Shown piece after piece: positions 27,274 through 34,913 of a DNA stretch of 64,000 nt. The first letter of the stretch is position 1. Each line of letters opens with the position of its first letter. Below the pieces are notes generated by a model. The model worked only from the letters and a program-made list of their open reading frames with translations, did not search any database and was not told the origin of the DNA. The DNA comes from Eubacteriales bacterium (GTDB lineage: Bacteria; Bacillota; Clostridia; Oscillospirales; CAG-382), in contig JAZKZH010000023.1 in assembly GCA_045612545.1 (NCBI GenBank), positions 11,364 to 75,363 on the forward strand, in the 5' to 3' direction. The translations under genes were made by a program, and so were the position numbers.

Positions 27274-27699
27274 TTAGTCTACGACGGTAACGCCCATGCT
27301 ACGTGCGGTACCTGCGATCATGCTCATTGCACTCTCGATGGACGCTGCGTTCAGGTCGGGCATTTTGGTCTCAGCGATCTTGCGAACCTGCTCAGTGGTG
27401 ATCTTACCAACCTTCTGAGACTGGGGAACGCCGGAACCGCTCTCGATGCCTGCAGCCTTCTTGATCAGAACTGCTGCGGGAGGAGTCTTGGTGATAAAGG
27501 TAAAGGTACGGTCAGCGTAAACGGTGATAACAACGGGGATGATCAAGCCGATGTCATTCTTGGTGCGCTCGTTGAATTCCTTGGTAAACATAGGAATAGC
27601 AACACCATACTGACCAAGTGCCGGACCGATAGGGGGCTGGGGAGTAGCCTTGCCGGCGGGGATCTGAAGCTTAATATAGCCTACGATTTTCTTTGCCAT
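27274..27699 (-). CDS. rplK: 50S ribosomal protein L11
   Basis: 141 aa. [30 protein letters not shown]. Confidence 0.95.
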   Translation of the reverse strand: MAKKIVGYIKLQIPAGKATPQPPIGPALGQYGVAIPMFTKEFNERTKNDIGLIIPVVITVYADRTFTFITKTPPAAVLIKKAAGIESGSGVPQSQKVGKITTEQVRKIAETKMPDLNAASIESAMSMIAGTARSMGVTVVD

Positions 27700-27833
27700 G
27701 AGAAATACACCTCCAAATGTGGTAAAAATAGATTTTCGGGATCAATGTCCCTCCCACTAGATCGCGGTCTTCTTCACCGTGATCCATACTGCTTTCGTGC
27801 GTGGCAACCGCACGAAAAACGGGTTTTCTTGTT

Positions 27834-28376
27834 TTACTGCTCGTCCTCCAGAGAACGAACCTCCATGGAGCCAAGCTCCACCTTGGTCTCTCTGCCGAAC
27901 ATGGAAGCAGTGACCTTGACGGACTTCATGTCCGCAGAAATCTCATCCACAATGCCGATAAAGCCGGAAAGGGGACCTGCGCAAATGCGCACGCTGTCGC
28001 CCACAGCATAGCGGACCTCGATAACTCTGGGCTCTACACCCAACTGCTCCACTTCCGCATCGGAAAGGGGAACGGGGCGGGATCCGGGGCCTACGAAGCC
28101 GGTAACGCCGGTGGTGTTGCGGATGATGTGCCACATCTCATCGTTCATGACCATTTTCACGAAGACGTAGCTGGGGAATAATTTTCTTTCGATTTCCTTT
28201 TCGCCCTTGTCGGTCATTTCCACCACGATCTCCGTGGGGATCTTGACCGTTTGGATCAGATCACCGATTCCTCGGTTCTCAATGATCTTTTCCAGGCTCT
28301 GCAGAACTTTGTTTTCGTACCCCGTATAGGTATGCACTACATACCAGAGGGGCTTGCTCTCCTGCGGTAAGCTCAT
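27834..28376 (-). CDS. nusG: transcription termination/antitermination factor NusG
   Basis: 180 aa with WYVVHTYTGYENKV (NGN domain) and a KOW domain. Confidence 0.95.
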   Translation of the reverse strand: MSLPQESKPLWYVVHTYTGYENKVLQSLEKIIENRGIGDLIQTVKIPTEIVVEMTDKGEKEIERKLFPSYVFVKMVMNDEMWHIIRNTTGVTGFVGPGSRPVPLSDAEVEQLGVEPRVIEVRYAVGDSVRICAGPLSGFIGIVDEISADMKSVKVTASMFGRETKVELGSMEVRSLEDEQ

Positions 28377-28383
28377 TTTTCAA

Positions 28384-28959
28384 TCACCGTCCGATGGAAG
28401 AAATGAGACTCAACAGCCCGGAGAAAGCGAAGTCCAAAAGACCGATGAGGACGGCCGCTGCGACCAGAACCAGAAGTACGATGCACGTGCTTCTGAGCAG
28501 ATCGTTTTTGGGCATCCAGACAACCTTTTTCAGCTCGCTCTTGTAGTTTTTGAAGAAGTTCGCGATCTTCAGACCGATCTTGGTGTTCGTGCGGGACAGA
28601 ATGAACAGCACGGCTACCAAAATTACCAGAACCGCACCGGTGATGATCAGCTGCCAGGTCAGGGTCGTGAGACCGGAGCCTGCAGTACCGTGGTCATGGC
28701 CGGCGTGAGGATCGGAAGTGGTTCCGGAAGTAGTACCGGAAGTGGTTCCCGAAGTGGTTCCGGAAGTAGTACCGGAAGTCTCGTCGGAAGTTTCGGCTTC
28801 TTCGGAAGTCTCCGCGGAGGTCTCAGCAGACGTTTCGGTGGAAACGGTCTCGGAAGTCTCGGCGGAAGCTTCATCTGCGAAAACTGCAAAAACAGACAAG
28901 GAACAAACCAGGACGAACGCCAACAGAATGGGAAGAAGTTTCAAAAGTCTGTTAGACAT
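28384..28959 (-). CDS. secE: preprotein translocase subunit SecE with ~130-aa N-terminal extension
   Basis: The C-terminal ~60 aa (FFKNYKSELKKVVWMPKNDLLRSTCIVLLVLVAAAVLIGLLD) are canonical SecE. Upstream in the same ORF lie a signal-like segment, an acidic T/S repeat and an extra TM. There is no in-frame ATG, GTG or TTG just before the SecE core. Confidence 0.8.
   Translation of the reverse strand: MSNRLLKLLPILLAFVLVCSLSVFAVFADEASAETSETVSTETSAETSAETSEEAETSDETSGTTSGTTSGTTSGTTSGTTSDPHAGHDHGTAGSGLTTLTWQLIITGAVLVILVAVLFILSRTNTKIGLKIANFFKNYKSELKKVVWMPKNDLLRSTCIVLLVLVAAAVLIGLLDFAFSGLLSLISSIGR
28714..28785 (-). repeat. 12-bp tandem repeat encoding (TSGT)5 within secE
   Basis: GGAAGTGGTTCC/GGAAGTAGTACC units read directly from the sequence. 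Confidence 0.9.
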
Positions 28960-28970
28960 GAGCTGCCCCC

Positions 28971-29120
28971 TTACTTGCTCTCTTTGTGAAGAGTGTGCTT
29001 GCGGCAGAATCTGCAGTACTTTTTCATTTCGAGTCTGTCAGGATCGTTCTTCTTGTTCTTGACCGTGTCGTAGTTTCTTTGTTTGCATTCAGTGCAAACC
29101 AGAGTGATCTTAACTCTCAT
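28971..29120 (-). CDS. rpmG: 50S ribosomal protein L33
   Basis: 49-aa ORF absent from the track (under 60 aa): [57 protein letters not shown]. The order rpmG-secE-nusG is classic. Confidence 0.9.
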   Translation of the reverse strand: MRVKITLVCTECKQRNYDTVKNKKNDPDRLEMKKYCRFCRKHTLHKESK

Positions 29121-29251
29121 GTTATCGGCACCTCCAAATAAAATGTTACCTCCCTCTGCTTGCTTGGGGGCTTCTCGGAGCGGGCAAAAAGCGGAAATCG
29201 AAAAGGCTTCTCACGCCACAACAAAAAGACCTCTCGCGCAGAGGTAGGGTC

Positions 29252-29280
29252 AGTATAGCACCTTTCCGGGGAAATGTCAA
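29252..29280 (-). promoter_or_regulatory. promoter TTGACA-N17-TATACT for rpmG-secE-nusG
   Basis: -35 at 29275-29280 and -10 at 29252-29257 (minus strand). Confidence 0.55.
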
Positions 29281-29306
29281 TAGGTTTTGGAAAGAAAAAT
29301 GAAAAA

Positions 29307-29338
29307 ATGTGGCACAAACCGATTGCGGTGTGCCACAT
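29307..29338 (-). terminator. rho-independent terminator of rpiB
   Basis: 10-bp stem ATGTGGCACA/TGTGCCACAT with a T-run on the minus strand. Confidence 0.75.
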
Positions 29339-29355
29339 CTTGAAGTAATTGCACA

Positions 29356-29419
29356 GTGATATACGCCTGCGGCGTGTGATATACGTGCTTCGCACGTGTT
29401 GAGCGCTTGGCGCGCTCAC
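29356..29419. repeat. three tandem ~21-nt units, each ending in a mini-hairpin
   Basis: GTGATATACGCCTGCGGCGT / GTGATATACGTGCTTCGCACGT / GTTGAGCGCTTGGCGCGCTCAC. The last unit overlaps the rpiB stop codon. Confidence 0.7.
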
Positions 29420-29844
29420 TCCTCCATCATGGCGATGCGCTTGTCGTGTCTGCCGCCCTCGTAGGGAGTGTTTACAAAGATGTTTGCCAGCTCTACTGCC
29501 TTGGCGCTGTCGATGACTCTGCCGCCCAGGCACAGTACGTTGGCGTTGTTGTGACGGCGGGTCATTTCTGCGGAGAAGGCATCGGAAAGCACCGCGGCGC
29601 GGATGCCTTTTTGCTTGTTGGCGGTCATGGACATACCGATGCCGGTGCCGCAGCACAGAATGCCCAGCACGCACTCACCGTTCTGCAGGGCGGCGCAAAC
29701 CTTCTTGGCGTACACGGGATAATCCACGGAATCCGTGGTGGTGGTGCCGAAGTCGATACACTCCACGCCCTTGTTCTTCAAATCTTCAATGATGGCGTTC
29801 TTGATCTCCAAGCCGCCGTGGTCACAGCCCAATGCGATTTTCAT
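29416..29844 (-). CDS. rpiB: ribose-5-phosphate isomerase B
   Basis: 142 aa. MKIALGCDHGG...GILCCGTGIGMS. Confidence 0.9.
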   Translation of the reverse strand: MKIALGCDHGGLEIKNAIIEDLKNKGVECIDFGTTTTDSVDYPVYAKKVCAALQNGECVLGILCCGTGIGMSMTANKQKGIRAAVLSDAFSAEMTRRHNNANVLCLGGRVIDSAKAVELANIFVNTPYEGGRHDKRIAMMEE

Positions 29845-29848
29845 GTAA

Positions 29849-30547
29849 TTATTCTCCTTGTTTAAGTCTTTCTAAGCGTTCTCTTTCTGCTTGGGGTACC
29901 CGCAAATAAATGGGGCGCAGCTCTTTGCCGGATACGGTTTTGCCCTCTGTATACATACGGTAGCCGCACAGGGCTACGGAAAGGGCGTTTTGTTCACGGA
30001 TCACGGGGTTGGCGACGGAATGAGGGCATTTTCCTTCGAAGAGAGAGGCGAACACAGCCGCGCCGTCGCCGCAGAGGGTGGCCTCCTTGCCCGACAGCAG
30101 GGCGGAAATTTCTTCCAAGCTGCCGCAGGAATCGGGGGTGAGGCGGTTACCGTTTTCAAAAACCGCATAGTAGAATTGGTTTCGGCGTGCATCCATCAAG
30201 GCGCAGACCGTGCCTTTTGTCCCGGCTAAATTTTCTGCCAAGGAGTCCAAGGTGGACACGGAGGCGCATGGGAGGCTCCCGGCGAAGGCCAGTCCTTTTG
30301 CGGTGGCAACGCCGATACGCACTCCCGTGAAGGAGCCCGGCCCTGCATTGACGGCCAGCAGCTCCAGGTCGGAGACTTCCTTGCCGTAGACCTGCAAAGC
30401 GTGGTCTATCATGGGCAACAGATTCTCACTGTGGGTCATTTTGTTTTTGACGGTGAACACGCTGTGGGAGAGCAGGTGGCCCTCCTTCACCTCCGCAATG
30501 GCTACGGAGGCGGTAACGGCGGTGGAATCTATCCCTAAAATCAGCAT
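29849..30547 (-). CDS. tsaB: tRNA t6A37 biosynthesis protein TsaB
   Basis: 232 aa. MLILGIDSTA... and GPGSFTGVRIG. Confidence 0.85.
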   Translation of the reverse strand: MLILGIDSTAVTASVAIAEVKEGHLLSHSVFTVKNKMTHSENLLPMIDHALQVYGKEVSDLELLAVNAGPGSFTGVRIGVATAKGLAFAGSLPCASVSTLDSLAENLAGTKGTVCALMDARRNQFYYAVFENGNRLTPDSCGSLEEISALLSGKEATLCGDGAAVFASLFEGKCPHSVANPVIREQNALSVALCGYRMYTEGKTVSGKELRPIYLRVPQAERERLERLKQGE

Positions 30548-30960
30548 AAGGTAAACTTCCTTTCCGTTTCTCCCGCCTTTTCGATCTTCAGGCGGTGGGC
30601 TTCGGGGGGGATGGCGGCGTCAATCAGCTCGCTCCATTCCGTGATCACGATGCCTTTGCCTCCCAAGCGTTCGAAATAACCGGTGGAGTACAGATCGTCC
30701 TCGTCTGCAATGCGGTAGAGGTCGTAGTGATACACGGTGATGCTGTCTCCCTCGTACTCGTTGACGATGGCAAAGGTGGGGGAATGCACCAAGGGCAGAC
30801 ATTCCGGGCAAAGCGCCTTTACAAGTCCGCGGACAAAGGCGGTTTTTCCCGCCCCCATCTCGCCGTAAAGCGCCAGCACGTCCCCCGGCTTCAGCAGGGA
30901 GGCGATCTCCGCTGCAATGGCGTCGGTGTCGGTTAAGTTTTTGGAAACGAATTCTTTCAT
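30541..30960 (-). CDS. tsaE: tRNA t6A37 biosynthesis ATPase TsaE
   Basis: 139 aa. P-loop GEMGAGKT and SPTF motif. Confidence 0.85.
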   Translation of the reverse strand: MKEFVSKNLTDTDAIAAEIASLLKPGDVLALYGEMGAGKTAFVRGLVKALCPECLPLVHSPTFAIVNEYEGDSITVYHYDLYRIADEDDLYSTGYFERLGGKGIVITEWSELIDAAIPPEAHRLKIEKAGETERKFTLC

Positions 30961-32625
30961 TTAGAAAAGTCCTACGATCTTTCCGTCTACCAGATCGATC
31001 TTTTCGGCGGCGGGGTGCAGGGGAAGACCGGGCATGGTCATCACCTCACCGGTAAGCACCACCACAAAGCCTGCGCCTGCGGAAACGCGCACTTCGCGGA
31101 CGGTGAGGCGGTAGCCGGAGGGTGCGCCCAGCTTTTTGGGATCGTCGGAGAGAGAATACTGTGTTTTTGCCACGCAGATGGGGAGATTGCCGTAGCCCAG
31201 AGCTTCGATGTCGGCAATTGCCTTCTTGGCGGCAGGGAGGATGTCAACGCCCTCGGCATGGTAGATCTTGGTGGCAACGGCGTTGATCTTCTCGGTGAGG
31301 GTCGCCTCAGCGGGATAGGTGTACTTGAAATCGGAGGGCAATTCGCAAAGACGAACCACTTCCTCGGCCAGCTCTGCGCTGCCGGAGCCACCTTCCGCAA
31401 AGGCCTTGGAAACGATGGCCTTCACACCCTTTTCTGCACAGAAGGAGCGGATCAGCTCCAGCTCTGCCTCGGTGTCTGCGTAGAAGTGGTTGATCACCAC
31501 CACCAGCGGGATGCCGAAGTTCTTCAAGTTATCGATGTGGGCGCCCAGGTTGGCGATGCCTGCTTGCAGAGCCTCCAAATTTTCTTTTCCGGTCTCTGCC
31601 TTGGGCACGCCGCCGTTGTACTTCAGGGCGCGGGCGGTGGCAACCAGCACGATGGCGTTGGGGTGGAAGCCTGCGGCGCGGCACTTGATGTCCAAGAACT
31701 TCTCTGCGCCCAGGTCTGCGCCGAAGCCTGCCTCGGTAACGGTGTAATCCGCGATCTTCAAGGCGGTACGGGTGGCGATGATGGAGTTACAGCCGTGGGC
31801 GATGTTGGCAAAGGGGCCGCCATGCACCAGGGTGGGGGTGTTCTCCAAGGTCTGCACCAGGTTGGGCTTGATGGCGTCCTTCAAAAGGGCGGTCATAGCC
31901 CCTGCGGCGTTCAACTGGCGGCAGTATACGGGGTTGCCGTCGTAATCGTATGCCACCAGCATATTGCCGAGTCTTTCCTTCAAGTCCTCGGGGGAGGTAG
32001 CAAGGCAGAGGATAGCCATGATCTCGGAGGCAACGGTGATCAAGAATTTGTCCTGGCGGGTCACGCCGTTCTTCTTCTCGCCCAAGCCCACGGTGATCTC
32101 ACGGAGAACACGGTCGTTGATATCCACACATCTGGAGTGGATGATCCGCTTGGGGTCGATGCGCAGGGCGTTGCCCTGGTGGAGATGGTTGTCCAGCATG
32201 GCGGCAAGCAGATTGTTGGCAGAGGTGATGGCGTGGAAATCCCCGGTGAAGTGGAGGTTGATGTCCTCCATGGGAACTACCTGAGCGTACCCGCCGCCTG
32301 CGGCACCGCCCTTGATGCCGAACACGGGGCCCAGAGAAGGCTCACGCAGGGCGATCATCACGTTCTTGCCCATACGATGGAGGGCGTCGCCCAGACCGAT
32401 GGTCATGGTGGTCTTACCCTCGCCTGCGGGAGTGGGAGAAATGGCGGTAACGAGGATCAGCTTGCCGTTTTCCTTGTCCGCGAAACGAGCTTCCGCTTCG
32501 GGAAGAAGCTTTGCTTTATACTTGCCATAGGGGTCGATATCGTCTTCGCAGATGCCAAGGCTCTTGGCCACGGCGGTAATGGGAAGCATTTTCGCTTCTT
32601 GAGCAATTTCTACGTCCGGTTTCAT
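30961..32625 (-). CDS. fhs: formate--tetrahydrofolate ligase
   Basis: 554 aa. [11 protein letters not shown]-loop and full-length FTHFS-like sequence. Confidence 0.95.
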   Translation of the reverse strand: MKPDVEIAQEAKMLPITAVAKSLGICEDDIDPYGKYKAKLLPEAEARFADKENGKLILVTAISPTPAGEGKTTMTIGLGDALHRMGKNVMIALREPSLGPVFGIKGGAAGGGYAQVVPMEDINLHFTGDFHAITSANNLLAAMLDNHLHQGNALRIDPKRIIHSRCVDINDRVLREITVGLGEKKNGVTRQDKFLITVASEIMAILCLATSPEDLKERLGNMLVAYDYDGNPVYCRQLNAAGAMTALLKDAIKPNLVQTLENTPTLVHGGPFANIAHGCNSIIATRTALKIADYTVTEAGFGADLGAEKFLDIKCRAAGFHPNAIVLVATARALKYNGGVPKAETGKENLEALQAGIANLGAHIDNLKNFGIPLVVVINHFYADTEAELELIRSFCAEKGVKAIVSKAFAEGGSGSAELAEEVVRLCELPSDFKYTYPAEATLTEKINAVATKIYHAEGVDILPAAKKAIADIEALGYGNLPICVAKTQYSLSDDPKKLGAPSGYRLTVREVRVSAGAGFVVVLTGEVMTMPGLPLHPAAEKIDLVDGKIVGLF

Positions 32626-32649
32626 TGGTTACGCTCCTTTGTTTTTTTG

Positions 32650-32768
32650 AAAAAATAAAAGGACAATCCCTCTTCGTACAAAAAGGATTGCCCAGACGGT
32701 CGGCATAAAAAACGCTTCAGCTCGGCACACTGTGTTGATTCACATATCCGTCAGCACCGATCCTATGG
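32650..32768 (-). ncRNA. probable ZTP (pfl-motif) riboswitch with terminator expression platform
   Basis: The leader RNA contains ..GCUGACGGA.. and ..CCGACCGUCUGGGCA.., against the remembered consensus ACUGGCG / CCGCCUGGGCA. The G-to-A and C-to-U changes are mutually compensatory in the known pseudoknot. GGGCA overlaps the 5' arm of a terminator followed by a U-run. fhs is a known ZTP-regulated gene. No covariance model was run. Confidence 0.5.
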
Positions 32769-32771
32769 CTT

Positions 32772-32801
32772 ATCATAGCACATTTGTTGTGTTTTTGTCA
32801 A
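32772..32801 (-). promoter_or_regulatory. promoter TTGACA-N18-TATGAT for fhs
   Basis: -35 at 32796-32801 and -10 at 32772-32777 (minus strand). Confidence 0.45.
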
Positions 32802-32870
32802 GGGATACGCTTAAGAAACTTTCTTTTTAAAGAAAGTTTTGCCCTCGCTTTCGGCGAGGGATGGGATCAT

Positions 32871-32910
32871 TCAAAGAAATTTTAATGCCGAAAACTATCG
32901 TTTTCGGTGG
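32871..32910. repeat. diverged third copy of the CAAAGAAAT...CCGAAAAC-NNNN-GTTTTCGG element
   Basis: ~80% identical by eye to the core of the 50-nt repeats at 24338 and 25222. Confidence 0.7.
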
Positions 32911-32976
32911 AAATGAAACGATCTCCCTTTTTTTCTTTTTTCGAAGGAAAAGTTTTTGGGGTGATAGCCGGATTGC

Positions 32977-33006
32977 GGGTCGCCGTGGGCGCCCTCACCT
33001 ACGAAT
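32977..33006 (-). repeat. REP-like GTAG-headed element (degenerate copy)
   Basis: Its reverse complement ATTCGTAGGTGAGGGCGCCCACGGCGACCC is 24/30 identical to 33086-33115. Confidence 0.65.
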
Positions 33007-33046
33007 ACGCAAGTCGTCAGCGGGATCAAAGATGTACGCAACAAGA

Positions 33047-33115
33047 TTTTTCGGTTGGTTACGGCGGCTTTCCTTTCCTGCCCATGTCCGTAGGGGACGA
33101 CGCCCACGGCGTCCC
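33047..33115 (+). repeat. REP-like element: conserved flank + GTAGGGG head + GGGACG/CGTCCC hairpin
   Basis: Same architecture and ~45-nt flank as 12882-12951. Confidence 0.8.
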
Positions 33116-33252
33116 GTTGAATCAATTGCCGTTTTCGAAAGGAGACGGACATGGAATCCTTTTCCTTTTTATTCTAAAGGAAAAGTTTTTGGGGAGAGAG
33201 TTTGAGAGAGGGGCTTTTTTCAAAAATCCCCTCTCTCATAAAAACTATTTCG

Positions 33253-34332
33253 TTATCCCAAGTATCCCTGCTTATACAGCAGCTCTGCGCCCAGAACGGC
33301 ACCGCCTGCGGCACCGCGCAAGGTGTTGTGGGAGAGGCAGACGAATTTGTAATCGAAGATGGTGTCTTCTCTCAGTCTGCCGATGGAAATGCCCATGCCG
33401 CCGTAAAGATCTCTGTCCAAACGGGTCTGGGGGCGGTTATCCTCCTCAAAGTAGGTCAAGAACTTCTCGGGAGCGTGGGGAAGGGAGAGGCGCTGTGCCT
33501 CGCCTTCGAAGGCTGCCCAATCCGCCTTGATCTGCTGGATGGAGGGCTTGTTCTCGAAGCTGACGGAAACTGCCGCCAAATGTCCGTCGGAAGCGGGAAC
33601 GCGGATGCACTGGGCGGAGATCACGGGGGAGGTGGCGTTTACGATCACGCCGTTCTCCACGGTGCCCCAAACCTTCAAAGGCTCCTTCTCGCTCTTTTCT
33701 TCCTCGCCGCCGATGTAGGGGATCACGTTGTCCACCATTTCGGGCCAGGTTTCGAAATTCTTGCCTGCGCCGGAGATGGCCTGGAAGGTGGTGACGTTCA
33801 CGGCCTTGATGCCGTACTTACGCAGGGGCTCCAATGCGGGAACGTAGCTCTGGATAGAGCAGTTGGGCTTGACGGAGATGAAGCCCTTCTTGGTGCCCAG
33901 ACGGGCTCTCTGGGCCTCGATCACTGCGGTGTGAGCGTAGTTGATCTCGGGGATGAGCATGGGAACGTCTGCAGTGCCGCGGTGGGCGGAGTTGTTGGAG
34001 ACCACGGGGATCTCTGCCTTTGCGTAGGCTTCCTCCAGCTCCGCAACGTACTTCTTATCCATATTGATGGCGCAGAACACGAAGTCAACGTGGGGCTTTA
34101 CGCTCTCGATGTCCTCTGCGTTCAATACTACCATGTCAGCAAGACCTTCGGGAATGGGGGTGGACATCATCCATCTGCCCTTCACTGCCTCACCGTAGGT
34201 CTTGCCTGCGGAGGAGGGGCTTGCCACCAATGCGGTAATTTCAAAATAGGGGTGATCGGCGATCAGCGTGATGAAGCGCTGACCTACCATGCCGGTTGCG
34301 CCGACGATACCGGCTCTCAGTTTGTTTGCCAT
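33253..34332 (-). CDS. asd: aspartate-semialdehyde dehydrogenase
   Basis: 359 aa. GIVGATGMVGQRF NAD-binding motif and the active-site region NCSIQ. Confidence 0.9.
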   Translation of the reverse strand: MANKLRAGIVGATGMVGQRFITLIADHPYFEITALVASPSSAGKTYGEAVKGRWMMSTPIPEGLADMVVLNAEDIESVKPHVDFVFCAINMDKKYVAELEEAYAKAEIPVVSNNSAHRGTADVPMLIPEINYAHTAVIEAQRARLGTKKGFISVKPNCSIQSYVPALEPLRKYGIKAVNVTTFQAISGAGKNFETWPEMVDNVIPYIGGEEEKSEKEPLKVWGTVENGVIVNATSPVISAQCIRVPASDGHLAAVSVSFENKPSIQQIKADWAAFEGEAQRLSLPHAPEKFLTYFEEDNRPQTRLDRDLYGGMGISIGRLREDTIFDYKFVCLSHNTLRGAAGGAVLGAELLYKQGYLG

Positions 34333-34354
34333 GGTAAATGCTTCCTTTCGGGGG

Positions 34355-34828
34355 TTAGATCAGATCTTTGTAAATGCCGGGGATGGAGCCTTCGATGATC
34401 TCCGCACCGCAGACTTTCTTGTAGTAATCGACGGGGCCTGCGCCGCCGATGATGGCGTAGCCGTAGCCCTCCTCACGGAGTGCTTCCAAGCAGGCGATCA
34501 GCAATGCGCCGCCGATGCCGCCCTTGCGTGCTTCTACAGCTACGCCGGTGGGGCCGAAGTAGTCGGGCGCGGTGCAGTCGTAGCCTGCAAAGCCCAAAAT
34601 CTCCTTCTTCTCGGTGTCGTAAGCGATGAAGCAGGAAACGGGAGACTTGGTGAATGCGGCGGCGATCTCGTTGGACCAGCCGATGCCGAATCTCTCCTCG
34701 ATCCATTTCAGCACCTTATCGCGGTTGGGGGTCATGGGGCGGAAAATGCGCACGTTTCTGGCCGCTACCTTATCGTAGAACGGCTTGCTATCGGGCAGGT
34801 TGTAAAGCTTGACGAGCATATCGGGCAT
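34355..34828 (-). CDS. GNAT family N-acetyltransferase
   Basis: 157 aa. R/Q-x-x-G-x-G/A-type motif (ARKGGIGGALL). Confidence 0.7.
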   Translation of the reverse strand: MPDMLVKLYNLPDSKPFYDKVAARNVRIFRPMTPNRDKVLKWIEERFGIGWSNEIAAAFTKSPVSCFIAYDTEKKEILGFAGYDCTAPDYFGPTGVAVEARKGGIGGALLIACLEALREEGYGYAIIGGAGPVDYYKKVCGAEIIEGSIPGIYKDLI

Positions 34829-34856
34829 AGGAATTGCCTCCTTAATTGTTTATGGT

Positions 34857-34892
34857 GAAAACCGCCGCTTCGCTTCTGCAAAACGGCGGTGT
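34857..34892 (-). terminator. terminator of the LRR gene
   Basis: ACCGCCG ... CGGCGGT stem with a short T-run on the minus strand. Confidence 0.5.
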
Positions 34893-34913
34893 CTCAGTTC
34901 GTTAGAAACGAAA

